Positions 1-10,575 are shown, counted from the stretch's first letter. The stretch: 64,000 nucleotides of DNA from an uncultured bacterium (GCA_965660855.1 CBFIBM010000004.1:32001-96000), one strand, 5' to 3'. Translations and numbers: made by a program. Notes: generated from the letters alone by a model not told the origin.

Positions 1-475
1 TGGATTCATTTTTTGGCAGAGAAAAAACTCTATTTTGGTTGACTTCTTCTGAAGATCTCAACTCATACCTTACGCTATCATTTAAAGATTCCCAGACTTG
101 AATTAAGATTACTCGGCTTGCATTTGAATGGAATATTTCAAAATCTTCAATGGGTTTTTCAAATAAATACCCTAATTGCACTGATTCATTATTTTCTGTT
201 ATTTCAATGTCAATTAATGGGGGTTCAAACGTAATATAGTCTCTTGATGATGAGCTAAGTCTGGTACCGTTTAATGTAATATAAAACCAATTCTCCTGCC
301 CTTTCCAACCGGCAATATTTTCAATTTCAAGGATTGTACTTGTAACAATCCTTAATAAAGTTCCATTATTTTTTTTATGCGTTGTAATCAACTGGACTTG
401 GTTAGAAAAGACAAATGAAAAGCAAAAAAATAAGATTGCAGAGCATAATTTGATATTTGATTTCTTAAATTTCAT
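1..475 (-). CDS. Hypothetical exported protein, truncated at window start
   Basis: Not in ORF track. Read by hand: ATG at 475 overlaps the dnaG stop; frame open to the window edge (MKFKKSNIKLCSAILFFCFSFVFSNQVQLITT...), with a signal-peptide-like N-terminus. Confidence 0.7.
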   Translation of the reverse strand, partial: MKFKKSNIKLCSAILFFCFSFVFSNQVQLITTHKKNNGTLLRIVTSTILEIENIAGWKGQENWFYITLNGTRLSSSSRDYITFEPPLIDIEITENNESVQLGYLFEKPIEDFEIFHSNASRVILIQVWESLNDSVRYELRSSEEVNQNRVFSLPKNES

Positions 476-2210
476 CTAACGCTTTTTGTAATTTAGTTAG
501 TTCCTTAAGCTCAAAATCAGAATCTTGACCTTTTAATTCTTTTTCTCTAATTTGAATTCTAATATTTTTAATCTGTTGTTTGATAGGTTCTGATTTTAAG
601 ATTTTTAAACAGTCACTTACAATTTCTTCAGTTAAAATATTTTTTTCTGCTTCAAAAAGTATTTTTGCAATAAAGTTTCTTTCATTAATATTATTGAATT
701 GCTCTATTATACTAGAAGATTTTACTTCTAAATTTTCATTTAATAAATACCGAGCTAATTTTTTTAACGATTTATTTGTAAATAAATTAATTGAAACATT
801 AGCTATAGCATAATCTCTTATATTTTTATCTTCATTAGAAAGTAATTTAATTAATTCAAGCTGAGCTTTTTCTATTTTTGTAGTAAAAAGCTCTTCTTCA
901 TGAGTTGAGTCATCTTTTCCAGCTTGATATGTCGTTCTTATATTCTGACTCTTCAAAGTCTGCATTAAATCTTTGGTGTCAACTTGCATTCTTTCCGAAA
1001 AAATTCGAATCATCTCATTTTTAATTATGATATCCTCAATACTGCTGATCTCTTTTACAAATTCAATTATGTAATTACGCCGGTCAGAGCCCTGAAGAGA
1101 AAGAGCTTGATTATGTTCTAAATGAAAATCCAAATATGATTTAGGAGAATTAATTTTACTTATTACATTTTCTTTTTTTTCATTTGTAATCCAATCATCA
1201 GGATCCATTCCCTTCGGAGGGCGAACAATTAGTGGTTCAATTCCTGATCGAAATAAAACCCAACCAGTCTTAATTGTAGCATTTGCTCCCGCATTATCCC
1301 CATCAAAAAGTAATATGACTTTCTCCGCAAATCTATTAATGATAGCCCCGTGTCTTTCTGTAAAAGAAGTTCCCGAGACAGCGATTACATTATGAACTGA
1401 ATTTTGATATAATTTAAGGTAATCCATATACCCCTCAACAAGGATTGCAAAACCTTTTTTCCGAATTGAATCACGAGAAGTATTTAATCCATAAAAAACA
1501 TCACTCTTTCTATAAAGTGGCGTTTCGGGAGAGTTTAAATATTTTGCTATATCATCAACATCATATATCCGTCCACCAAATGCAATTACCTTTCCCGATG
1601 AGTTAAAAATCGGAAACATAACTCTTGACCTAAATCGATCAAATATTCCTTTATCAGAGTTGCTAAATAATCCTGATTGAACTATTTGTGATTTAGAATA
1701 ACCTTTACCTTTACATTTCTTTACTAACTGATCCCAACTATTTATTGCAAAGCCTATTTTAAATTGAGTAATAATGTCCTCGGTTAAACCTCTGCTTTTT
1801 AAATACGATAAAACTTTTATATTTTTTGAAGAAAATAAATTTTTCTGATAAAGGCTTGTTGCAATTTCATGTAGTTCATATAAAGAAGAAAATAATTCAT
1901 TAGGGCCTTTAGATTCTTCAATCTGGATTGGAATATTATATCTTTCTGCAAGAATCTTTATTGATTCAGGGAATGGAACTTTTTGATACTCCATTACAAA
2001 TGAGAAAACATTTCCGCCAACACCACAACCAAAACAGTGATATATTTGTTTAGATGGAGCAACACTAAAAGAAGCTGTTTTTTCTCCATGGAATGGGCAT
2101 AAACCAAAATAATTTGAGCCTCTCTGTTTTAAATCTACAAATTGAGATACTACATCTAAGATATCTGCTGAATCTCTTACTCTTTCAATAATATCTTGAG
2201 ATATTTTCAC
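465..2210 (-). CDS. dnaG: DNA primase
   Basis: CHC2 zinc finger (CPFH...CFGC), KYLNSPET, TOPRIM motifs VEGYMD and FDGD. Confidence 0.98.
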   Translation of the reverse strand: MKISQDIIERVRDSADILDVVSQFVDLKQRGSNYFGLCPFHGEKTASFSVAPSKQIYHCFGCGVGGNVFSFVMEYQKVPFPESIKILAERYNIPIQIEESKGPNELFSSLYELHEIATSLYQKNLFSSKNIKVLSYLKSRGLTEDIITQFKIGFAINSWDQLVKKCKGKGYSKSQIVQSGLFSNSDKGIFDRFRSRVMFPIFNSSGKVIAFGGRIYDVDDIAKYLNSPETPLYRKSDVFYGLNTSRDSIRKKGFAILVEGYMDYLKLYQNSVHNVIAVSGTSFTERHGAIINRFAEKVILLFDGDNAGANATIKTGWVLFRSGIEPLIVRPPKGMDPDDWITNEKKENVISKINSPKSYLDFHLEHNQALSLQGSDRRNYIIEFVKEISSIEDIIIKNEMIRIFSERMQVDTKDLMQTLKSQNIRTTYQAGKDDSTHEEELFTTKIEKAQLELIKLLSNEDKNIRDYAIANVSINLFTNKSLKKLARYLLNENLEVKSSSIIEQFNNINERNFIAKILFEAEKNILTEEIVSDCLKILKSEPIKQQIKNIRIQIREKELKGQDSDFELKELTKLQKALDEI

Positions 2211-2212
2211 TA

Positions 2213-2740
2213 TTAAGGCTTTGTAAACTTTTTAATATAAGACTCACTTAATACAATTGGGTCTTCCCAGTGAAAAAATGAAATAATCATCTCCCTTGCT
2301 TCATTACCTGCTTTTGCTAATCGTGAGTTATTATCAATAAAAATTGTCCATTTTGGAAGTGGTAATATTGCTATTAACCATATAAAGACAATTAATGTAA
2401 AACTTCCTTTTATTGATCCAAAAAAGAATCCTAAAGATTGATTGATTAATTGATTTCCACCAGTTAGAAAAGCAATTTTAACAAGCCTTGTAAATATTCG
2501 TCCAATAAATATTACACCCACAAAGATGATTGAAAAAGATAAGAATATAGATAGCCAATAATCAGTTTGCACTAGATTTAAAATCTTTATAGAAAGATTT
2601 GAACTATTAGATATTGATATCATAATCGCTGCAACTAGCCCTATCAGTCTACCCAGTTCTTCTATTAAACCATTTTTATAACCCTTAACACCCCAAAATA
2701 GAATAAATATGACAGCTATGCTATCAAGCAGCCAATGCAT
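2213..2740 (-). CDS. cvpA: CvpA / colicin V production family membrane protein
   Basis: N-terminal LD...GYKNGLIEE pattern, four hydrophobic helices, NQSLGFFFGSIKG motif. Confidence 0.8.
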   Translation of the reverse strand: MHWLLDSIAVIFILFWGVKGYKNGLIEELGRLIGLVAAIMISISNSSNLSIKILNLVQTDYWLSIFLSFSIIFVGVIFIGRIFTRLVKIAFLTGGNQLINQSLGFFFGSIKGSFTLIVFIWLIAILPLPKWTIFIDNNSRLAKAGNEAREMIISFFHWEDPIVLSESYIKKFTKP

Positions 2741-3184
2741 TTAACTCAGCAATTCTCTCAAAACTTGGTTAGCTATTTTCCCATCGATAGAGCCTCCACC
2801 ACGTTTCATAATAAGAGGCATTATCTTACCTATTTCTGAAATATCGATTACCCCTGTTTCATGGATTAAATCCTGTACAAGAGTTTTTATTTCATCTTGA
2901 CTCATAGCTTTAGGTAGGTATCTCTCAAATATTTTAAGTTCAGTTTTTTCTTTTAATGCCAAATCATTTCTTCCTGCTTCTTCGTAGATTGAGTATGATT
3001 CTTTCCTTTGTTTTACTAGTGTTTTTAGGACACTCATTCCATCTTTTTCAGATAAATTACCTCCTAAACTAATTTCTTTATCTTTTAATTTTGCTAGTAA
3101 ATTTCTCAAAGCTATTACTCTCTCTTTTTCCTCAAGTTTCATAGCTTCATACATATCAACTTTTATTTTTTCATTAAATTTCAT
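2741..3184 (-). CDS. yqeY: GatB/YqeY domain protein
   Basis: KQRKES..IYEEAGR.DLA..E..E and YLP motifs. Start moved to MKFNE (3184), just past the upstream stop. Confidence 0.9.
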   Translation of the reverse strand: MKFNEKIKVDMYEAMKLEEKERVIALRNLLAKLKDKEISLGGNLSEKDGMSVLKTLVKQRKESYSIYEEAGRNDLALKEKTELKIFERYLPKAMSQDEIKTLVQDLIHETGVIDISEIGKIMPLIMKRGGGSIDGKIANQVLRELLS

Positions 3185-3185
3185 T

Positions 3186-4004
3186 TTAACTCTTATCAAC
3201 TCTTTTCATTCCTAAAAGTAGGTGGTCTTTGTTAGTTTCAAACCCAATGAATCTTCTACCATTCTTTTTACAAGTGAGTGCTACATCTCCAAAACCCATA
3301 AAAGGATCAAGCACCCAATTTAATTTAAAGCTACTTGCGTCTAGTATTCTCTCAAATAATTTTTGAGGGTAACGTCCACCATCATCGATTCCAAATGGCA
3401 AATCAATCCAAAGGTTTGATTCTAAATTGTGATTATTCTGATTTTCTTCATTTCTGTTTAACCCAACTGGATTTTGTTTAAAGAGAAAACCCTCTGTTTT
3501 AGTTGCATACCAAATATCAGAAATATGATTTTTCCAAGTTTTACTGCTGTCGCTTTGATTTACTTTACGCCAGGTAATTCTTGATTGTACATTGAATAAA
3601 TTACTTAATAATCCATGGTACATGCCTGAATATTGCCAAGGTGAGAATACATAAATTGCACCTGTGTTTTTCAATACTCTTTGTGCTTCTCCAAGCCATA
3701 AGTTATTCCATTCATAATATTGTTGCAATGTTTGCCCTAGCTCATTATCAGAAATATCACCCCATATGTCTTGAGGTGGATCTGCTATGATTAAATCTAT
3801 TGAGTCACTCGGTATTCGTTGGATTCCATCTAAGCATTTAGAGAGGAACATGCCTTCAAACATTTTCTCAATTGTCATATTAATGTCTTCTACAGTTCTA
3901 ATTGCTGGCAAATATTTATTTAAATCATCAATATTTAGCCCTGGATATGTTTCAAGGGGGTTTAAGGAAATTGATGATATTCTTTTTTCGGTGTTATTTG
4001 ACAT
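3186..4004 (-). CDS. Beta-class N6/N4 DNA methyltransferase-like protein with degenerate motifs
   Basis: SIDLIIADPPQ (motif IV-like), RVLK..G, VLDPFMGFG (motif I-like), GRRFIGFE. Confidence 0.8.
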   Translation of the reverse strand: MSNNTEKRISSISLNPLETYPGLNIDDLNKYLPAIRTVEDINMTIEKMFEGMFLSKCLDGIQRIPSDSIDLIIADPPQDIWGDISDNELGQTLQQYYEWNNLWLGEAQRVLKNTGAIYVFSPWQYSGMYHGLLSNLFNVQSRITWRKVNQSDSSKTWKNHISDIWYATKTEGFLFKQNPVGLNRNEENQNNHNLESNLWIDLPFGIDDGGRYPQKLFERILDASSFKLNWVLDPFMGFGDVALTCKKNGRRFIGFETNKDHLLLGMKRVDKS

Positions 4005-4205
4005 GATAAAATTTAAAAAAATAAAATAAAATGTTTTATAACTTTTACAATATGTTTTTTTATTAAAAAAAACGATTAACTAAATTTAACAATAAAACTA
4101 GAAGATTAATTTGTACTATTATAAACCCATTCAATAAATGGATTTGCAGAAAATTTAGCACGGTTAATAAAAAGATTATTTTTAGAATGAATGGAGCGTT
4201 AGAAA

Positions 4206-4751
4206 ATGAAAAAAATAATATTTTCTACTATATTAGCATTTAAAATTATATATGGAGGCGAAGTCTCTACTACTATTTCTGAGGTAGTTGTTAATGAATA
4301 TTTTACTATTGTGGGAGATCATCAAATTTTTGCAGGGAAAAAAGAGTCTCAAGCCCTCTGGTCTATAAAAAATCCTAGAGTTAAATTTAATGAAGGGAGC
4401 GCTGAATTTCTTGCAACAGTTTTATTTGAAAAAAATAAAGTTTATATCAAAAAAGATATAAAAAAATATGTAGATATTGAATATGATGAAAAACTTAATG
4501 AAATACAACTTTTAATCAAAAACGCTCTTGTAAAAATGGAACGTCGTGGAAAAGTACTTGGGAAGCTTGACCTAAGTCAAATTTATCAAACTGGACTAGT
4601 TTTTTCAGGTCCAAAATCACCAATTGATTTTTTTAAAATGAAAACAAAGTTAGGAAAAATAAAATTTGATGTTTTAATAAAAGATGAACGTATCTACTTT
4701 GAAAATGGACAGATTCGATTTGCACTTGATATTGACTACAATATTTTTTAA
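4206..4751 (+). CDS. Hypothetical protein, probably exported
   Basis: 181-aa ORF with GGAG RBS upstream and a signal-like N-terminus; TAATG overlap with the next gene. Confidence 0.7.
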   Translation: MKKIIFSTILAFKIIYGGEVSTTISEVVVNEYFTIVGDHQIFAGKKESQALWSIKNPRVKFNEGSAEFLATVLFEKNKVYIKKDIKKYVDIEYDEKLNEIQLLIKNALVKMERRGKVLGKLDLSQIYQTGLVFSGPKSPIDFFKMKTKLGKIKFDVLIKDERIYFENGQIRFALDIDYNIF

Positions 4752-5629
4752 TGCAAATATTAACGACAAAACTACCTCTTTCTGGATGGTGGAGTACTGG
4801 AATTCCAAAATATGAAGATAACCCCGCTATGCAAGAAGGTAAAGTTCCCAACCTTAAAATTTTAAACAAAGAGCGTGACCAATTAATACGTATTATTCAA
4901 AAAACAGGCAACAAGGTCATTGAATTAGATTTCCCCAGTGAATTTGATCAAGAAGAACCACTTCATGATTTTGTTTTTATCAGAGACCCATTTATTTCAA
5001 ATCAAAAAGGGAAAATCGTTATTTTGAGGTCTGGAGAGCCTCTAAGGCGAAAGGAAAACCATTTAACAAAAAATATTTTAGAGAAGATGGGTTTTGCTCC
5101 TGAATCTATACCTGATAAACCAGGTATTAGAGCAGATGGTGGTGAATTTTATTTTTGTAGTAAAGGTGATATCCTTTTTGCAGGAATACAAAGAAATACA
5201 CGGGAAGGTATTTCAGCAGTTGCAAGTTTGTTAAATGTAAAAAAACTTCTTATCCTTGATGGGCTTGGATATCATTTAGATACTTTTTTCACACCAGCTT
5301 ATAATAGTGAGGGTTTTCTTGTTGCATTAATTGTTTGTACGAAAATACTATCTAATCAATCAAAAAAGGATTTATATAAATTTGCAGATAATGAAGATGT
5401 ACCGATCTATGATGTACCTCAAAATGATGCAATTGGAACAAAAAATAAACTTGGAAATTTTGCTGTAAATGCCCTACCACTACCAGGCGTTCTTATTAGA
5501 CCTCATAAATTTACCGATCCAACTATTGATGAAAAACTTTCTAAAATTGGTGTAAAGTGCATTATAACACCTACTACTCAATTTGAATTAAGTGGTGGCT
5601 CGATTCATTGCGTAACAAATGAATTATAA
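4751..5629 (+). CDS. Amidinotransferase / DDAH / arginine-deiminase (pentein) family enzyme
   Basis: VFIRDP, DGGE, HLDT and C-terminal GGSIHCVT with the catalytic Cys. Confidence 0.85.
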   Translation: MQILTTKLPLSGWWSTGIPKYEDNPAMQEGKVPNLKILNKERDQLIRIIQKTGNKVIELDFPSEFDQEEPLHDFVFIRDPFISNQKGKIVILRSGEPLRRKENHLTKNILEKMGFAPESIPDKPGIRADGGEFYFCSKGDILFAGIQRNTREGISAVASLLNVKKLLILDGLGYHLDTFFTPAYNSEGFLVALIVCTKILSNQSKKDLYKFADNEDVPIYDVPQNDAIGTKNKLGNFAVNALPLPGVLIRPHKFTDPTIDEKLSKIGVKCIITPTTQFELSGGSIHCVTNEL

Positions 5630-5655
5630 AAAAGGGCATAAAAGCATGCCCTTTT
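5630..5655. terminator. Bidirectional intrinsic terminator
   Basis: AAAAGGGCAT-aaaagc-ATGCCCTTTT perfect inverted repeat between convergent genes. Confidence 0.85.
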
Positions 5656-5672
5656 CAAAAGATACTATAAGC

Positions 5673-6380
5673 TTAGAAAGCCATGCCTATTTTAAACATA
5701 GCTTGTGCAAAACCATTAGAGCCATCATAAACATTTTCTGCAATAGTATATCTAAAGTTTAAATGGCTGTCTAATACTAAAATTTTAAAACGTAATCCTG
5801 CTTGCACGTGAAAACCGCTTGCGTCAATTCTATTATCTTTTAAATAATTAATTAATTCATTTTCTAAATCATTGTCGTTAGGATTAAACTCGCTCAAGTC
5901 TTCAATTTCAAATATCTCTTTAACCATATCTATATTTGCTCTTGGAGTTGATGTGTGTCCGTTAATTCCAATACCCGCATTTATTGCAGCCTTTGCTAAA
6001 ATTGGAATTGTAATGTCCATTAAGTTCTTTTTCAAAGTAAAAGCATAAGAAACTCTTCCCCAGCCGAAAGGTATATTTTCTAAATTTGGTATACCAGAAG
6101 GAGATATGAAGTCAAATTGGTACTCTCCAAATGCAAAATCACCTTCAGCTTCTAGGGCAAAACCAAATAAATCAATAAAGGCATATCCGCCAAGACCAAT
6201 TGGGAAGGTTTCCATCTCCTTAGACTCTACGGTGACTTGAGTATTAGTCCCTTCATTTTGATATTCAATGCTTCCATCCAGCTTTGAGTAGTCTTGTCCA
6301 AATTGTAACCCGAACCCCGCTAAAGCAAAAATATAGGAAGGCACGGCTAAAAGTATAATTCTAGTTAACAATTTTTTCAT
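5673..6380 (-). CDS. Hypothetical outer-membrane beta-barrel protein
   Basis: Likely start MKKLLTR with AAGGA RBS; signal peptide; amphipathic beta strands; terminal Phe (KIGMAF). Confidence 0.65.
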   Translation of the reverse strand: MKKLLTRIILLAVPSYIFALAGFGLQFGQDYSKLDGSIEYQNEGTNTQVTVESKEMETFPIGLGGYAFIDLFGFALEAEGDFAFGEYQFDFISPSGIPNLENIPFGWGRVSYAFTLKKNLMDITIPILAKAAINAGIGINGHTSTPRANIDMVKEIFEIEDLSEFNPNDNDLENELINYLKDNRIDASGFHVQAGLRFKILVLDSHLNFRYTIAENVYDGSNGFAQAMFKIGMAF

Positions 6381-6488
6381 TTTTATTCCTTTTATTTGTT
6401 CATATAATTTATAGAGTTTACGGTAAGTCTTTTTAGTAAACAAATCACTCGTTGTTAACACTATCACTTTCTAAATAAATTTGATATC

Positions 6489-8744
6489 ATGAAACAATAC
6501 TTCTTAATATTTTTTCTACTACTAGGTAAAATTGCTTTTCCTCAAGATGCGGGTTGGCCAACTCAGATGGGAAAGTATTTTTCTTCAAATTTTGGAGAAA
6601 ATAGAGATGATCATTTTCATATGGGAATTGATATTAAAACTGGTGGAAAAATCGGCATGGAGATTCTAGCTGTTGAAGATGGGTATATAAGTAGGATAAA
6701 ATCAGATTATAATGGCTATGGTAAAGCTGTATACCAGCGCACAGTATCTGGGCATGAAGTTGTTTATGCCCATTTAGAGTCTTTTACACCTGTGATGGAA
6801 AAAGTGTGGAGGTTACAACAAGCTAAAAGAAAAAGTTACAAAGTTGATGCTCAATTCTCTCCTAGAGAATTTCAAGTACAAAAAGGTGACTTAATTGGGT
6901 TTTCTGGAAATACCGGCCATTCTTTTGCGCCTCATTTACACTTTGAATATCGTTCAAGTAAGAGTGTCCCTCTAAATCCCTTGACCATGGCATTTGATTT
7001 AGAAGATAATTCAATGCCCGTTGCTAAAAAAATAGCACTAATTCCCATTTCTCAAGGTTCTTTAATAAATGCAAGTCCTCTAGCACAAACATTCCCTCTT
7101 TTTAGAGATAAAAAGGGAATTTATCATTTTGCAGATACAATTAGTGTTTTTGGTGAATTTGGTTTTTCAATAGAAACAATTGATAAAAGACAAGGATCGA
7201 AAAATAAATATCAATTCTATCGTGCTGAATTAGTAGTTGACGGTGAGAAAGAATTTGAGATTGAGTATAATAAGATTCCCTTTAATGAGGGGAAGTTTGC
7301 AAAAACAATTATCCAGTACGATATGAAAAGAAAAAATTTAGGTGAGTTTCAAAAGCTCTATAGATTACCTGAGCATAGAAGTATTTCAATTCATAACTCT
7401 GAAAAAACAGGAATTTTAAAATTACCTCCAGGTTTTCATTCTATTATTATAAATATATTTGACGCTTATGGAAATAAAACCATTGTAAAAGGAGTCGTTG
7501 CAGGGTCTTTCCCAATGGTTTTAGATGCGAAAGAAATTTTAAAAGATAATAAAGTTACTGTTCTTGCTTTAAGTCCAAAAAGAGGAGGTCTTCCTATAAG
7601 AAATGCAATTATTTATAGCTTTACTTCTTATGGATTTCCAGATCAAAAATTAGATATTCTACATTCTGAAAAAGTTAAAAACGATTTACATGTAACCTTA
7701 TCATCTAAAGATATTAAAAATCGTATTTTACAAATAATTGGTATAAATCAATTAGGTGGAGTGGTAAACCCCTATCATTGGACTTCATTTAATTCAAAAA
7801 TAAGTGTAGTCGATATACAACCTGAGCTTGAGATTTCAAATACCGAACGAGGACTTTTTTTTCAAGTTAGCTTGGATCAATATGTTCCTACTAAAGTACA
7901 AATAAAACTTGCTAATGATAATACATTCTCATCTTACAATTTAAACCAAATAGGACCAAACACTTTTCTGTCAGAAATGCTCTCTCATCAAATTGTTGAT
8001 AATATGAAATATATAGATGTAGAGCTATCTCACGAAAATTTATTAAGAGAAACAAGGTTTAACTATGAGATGCAAGCTGTTGGTCCAGGTTTAAAAAATC
8101 AGATATTTTCTACAGATAGAAACTGTGCTATTGAAACCAAACCTAATACATTTTTTCAAACAAACATTTCTTGGATCGAAAAAACTGATGTTTTTAACCC
8201 CGTTGAGGATGGGTTTCATATGGCACCTGTTTATCAATTGCAGCCCTATGATTTAGCATTAAAAGGAAGCTTTCATATTAGAATTAAGTATAATAAAGGT
8301 TTAGCAGAACATTCAAATCTAGGAATCTACTATTTTGATCCTAAATCAAAAAAATGGATATATACACCAACTGAAAATAATAAAAGAAAACAAGTATTAA
8401 CCGCTGAATTAGAACAAATGAACGCTGTCACTATTATACAAGATTTAGATTCTCCAAAAATTATTAATACTTTCCCTGGGAATAGTGGCAGATACCATGT
8501 TAAAGATGTAAATACAATAAAAATTACAGTGGATGATCCAATATCAGGCATAGAATCTGAAGAATCTTCTTTTGAGCTTAAGTTAAATGATAAAAAGTTG
8601 TTTGCTGCTTACCAACCACTCAAAAAACAAATTAGCTATATTTTGGATCAGCGTTTATCAAAAGGACAACATAAAATTGATTTTAAAGTAGTGGATCGAG
8701 CTGGAAATGAATCTAATGAAGTAATTTATTTTGTTGTTTTTTAA
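6489..8744 (+). CDS. M23 family metallopeptidase with long C-terminal extension
   Basis: HMGID (HxxxD), YAHL and HLHFE motifs; signal peptide; Ig-like C-terminal end. Confidence 0.9.
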   Translation: MKQYFLIFFLLLGKIAFPQDAGWPTQMGKYFSSNFGENRDDHFHMGIDIKTGGKIGMEILAVEDGYISRIKSDYNGYGKAVYQRTVSGHEVVYAHLESFTPVMEKVWRLQQAKRKSYKVDAQFSPREFQVQKGDLIGFSGNTGHSFAPHLHFEYRSSKSVPLNPLTMAFDLEDNSMPVAKKIALIPISQGSLINASPLAQTFPLFRDKKGIYHFADTISVFGEFGFSIETIDKRQGSKNKYQFYRAELVVDGEKEFEIEYNKIPFNEGKFAKTIIQYDMKRKNLGEFQKLYRLPEHRSISIHNSEKTGILKLPPGFHSIIINIFDAYGNKTIVKGVVAGSFPMVLDAKEILKDNKVTVLALSPKRGGLPIRNAIIYSFTSYGFPDQKLDILHSEKVKNDLHVTLSSKDIKNRILQIIGINQLGGVVNPYHWTSFNSKISVVDIQPELEISNTERGLFFQVSLDQYVPTKVQIKLANDNTFSSYNLNQIGPNTFLSEMLSHQIVDNMKYIDVELSHENLLRETRFNYEMQAVGPGLKNQIFSTDRNCAIETKPNTFFQTNISWIEKTDVFNPVEDGFHMAPVYQLQPYDLALKGSFHIRIKYNKGLAEHSNLGIYYFDPKSKKWIYTPTENNKRKQVLTAELEQMNAVTIIQDLDSPKIINTFPGNSGRYHVKDVNTIKITVDDPISGIESEESSFELKLNDKKLFAAYQPLKKQISYILDQRLSKGQHKIDFKVVDRAGNESNEVIYFVVF

Positions 8745-9397
8745 TGTTCTTCCCATACAAAGATGATAATCCGAGAGTTTTATATCCATATGTTACGTTC
8801 GGAATAATTTATTTTAGTGTATTTATTTTCTTATGTCAAATATTTCTAAACTCAACAGATGCCTCTTTAGCGAGTAAACTTGTTTACATATTTGGCTTTA
8901 CTCCAGAGAGATTTAATATTATCAGTATTTTCACCTCCATGTTTCTTCATGGAGGTTTTGGACATATTGTTGGTAATATGTGGTTTCTTTATATTTTTGG
9001 AGATAATGTTGAAAGCATATTAGGACATGTAAAATATTTTATTTTTTATTTATCCTCAGGGCTATTTGCTGCATTGGGCCAATATGCCACAAACCCTAAT
9101 TCAGAACTCCCAATGATTGGTGCAAGTGGAGCAATTGCTGGAATCTTAGGTGCATATTTAATAAGTTTTCCAAAAGCCAAGGTACATGTCTTTGTAATGT
9201 TATTTATTTTCTTTACCACTTTTATAATACCTGCTAAAATTGTACTCGGTATTTGGTTTTTAGTCCAAATAAATGGAGGATTTTCTGAATTTGGTGTTAT
9301 TTCAAAAGGTGGAACAGCTTGGTTTGCACATATTGGCGGTTTTATCTTTGGAGCACTTTTAATAAAAAAATTTCAAAAATTCCAAGTAGAATATTAA
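8744..9397 (+). CDS. Rhomboid intramembrane serine protease
   Basis: SMFLHGGFGHIVGNM, GASG (catalytic Ser), AHIGG (catalytic His). Confidence 0.95.
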   Translation: MFFPYKDDNPRVLYPYVTFGIIYFSVFIFLCQIFLNSTDASLASKLVYIFGFTPERFNIISIFTSMFLHGGFGHIVGNMWFLYIFGDNVESILGHVKYFIFYLSSGLFAALGQYATNPNSELPMIGASGAIAGILGAYLISFPKAKVHVFVMLFIFFTTFIIPAKIVLGIWFLVQINGGFSEFGVISKGGTAWFAHIGGFIFGALLIKKFQKFQVEY

Positions 9398-9400
9398 ATA

Positions 9401-10012
9401 ATGAAACCAACTTTTATTGGAATTACAGGTGGTACAGGTTCAGGAAAAACTTATTTGAGCAAATTATTTGTAAAAGAATTTGGTAACAAGAATACTACAA
9501 GAGTTGAACTAGACTCTTACTACAAAGATAATTCTAATTTAAGTTTAATTGATCGAGAAAAAATAAACTATGATCATCCAGAATCTGTGGACCGAAAACT
9601 AATTGAAAAACAATTGCTTCAATTGCGTAATTGGGAGAATGTTCAAATTCCAAATTATAATTTCTCAAACCATACTAGAATGAGTTCAAAAAATAAAATC
9701 ATACCTAAAGAAATCATAATAGTTGATGGTATTTTTGCTTTATATTTTGAGGAGATATATGAATTATTAGATATAAAAATTTTCTTAAATACCCCAAGAG
9801 ATATAAGTTTAATTAGGAGATTAGAACGTGATATTGCTCATCGAGGACGATCTCTAGATTCTACAATAAAACAATATTTAAATTCAGTACGCCCTATGTA
9901 TGATGAATATATAAAACCAACTCAAAATCTAGCCGATATAGTTATGGAACATGATCATGATTTTTCAAAATTAATTGATAAGGTAAATTTTTTAATGGAC
10001 AAAAATAGTTGA
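9401..10012 (+). CDS. udk: Uridine kinase
   Basis: GGTGSGKT, DSYY, NYDHP, RRLERD...RGR. Confidence 0.93.
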   Translation: MKPTFIGITGGTGSGKTYLSKLFVKEFGNKNTTRVELDSYYKDNSNLSLIDREKINYDHPESVDRKLIEKQLLQLRNWENVQIPNYNFSNHTRMSSKNKIIPKEIIIVDGIFALYFEEIYELLDIKIFLNTPRDISLIRRLERDIAHRGRSLDSTIKQYLNSVRPMYDEYIKPTQNLADIVMEHDHDFSKLIDKVNFLMDKNS

Positions 10013-10572
10013 AAGCAAAAACGCAAATTTATGGTAGAATTGAAGTCATCTGCGGAGGTATGTTTTCTGGAAAAACAGAAGAGTTAATACGAAGACTTCG
10101 TAGAGCAGAAATTGCCAGATTAACCATTGCTATATTCAAACCACAATTAGATACTAGGTTTAAGAAAAAACAAATTATAAGTCACAATAAAACAGCAATG
10201 AATTCAACCTTAGTCAACGAATGTGAAGCTATCTTAAATGAGGCAGAAAAATATGATGTCATTGGGATTGACGAAGCTCAATTTTTTGATAATAGACTTG
10301 TTAAAGTTTGTCAAAAACTTGCAAATATGAATAAACGTGTTATTGTTGCTGGTTTAGATAAAGATTTCAAAGGAAGCCCCTTTGGCCCTATGCCATATCT
10401 TATGGCAGAAGCAGATTATTTAGATAAATTAAGAGCTATATGTACACTCTGCGGACGTTCAGCATCCAATAGTCAGAGAATGACAGAAGACATAGAAAGA
10501 GTGGTTATTGGCGAACTCGATATTTATGAAGCAAGGTGCCGATCTTGTTTTAATAAACCGCCAAATATTTAA
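10009..10572 (+). CDS. tdk: Thymidine kinase (type II)
   Basis: GGMFSGKTEEL, IDEAQFF, zinc CxxC pairs; TTG start. Confidence 0.96.
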   Translation: MKAKTQIYGRIEVICGGMFSGKTEELIRRLRRAEIARLTIAIFKPQLDTRFKKKQIISHNKTAMNSTLVNECEAILNEAEKYDVIGIDEAQFFDNRLVKVCQKLANMNKRVIVAGLDKDFKGSPFGPMPYLMAEADYLDKLRAICTLCGRSASNSQRMTEDIERVVIGELDIYEARCRSCFNKPPNI

Positions 10573-10575
10573 TTT

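Noticed and set aside
3186..4004. Restriction-modification defence system
   Set aside because: No nuclease or specificity gene nearby; the context is housekeeping.
4123..4145. Imperfect inverted repeat AAACCCATT-caata-AATGGATTT in a divergent intergenic region
   Set aside because: Short, AT-rich and mismatched; no recognisable riboswitch or ncRNA.
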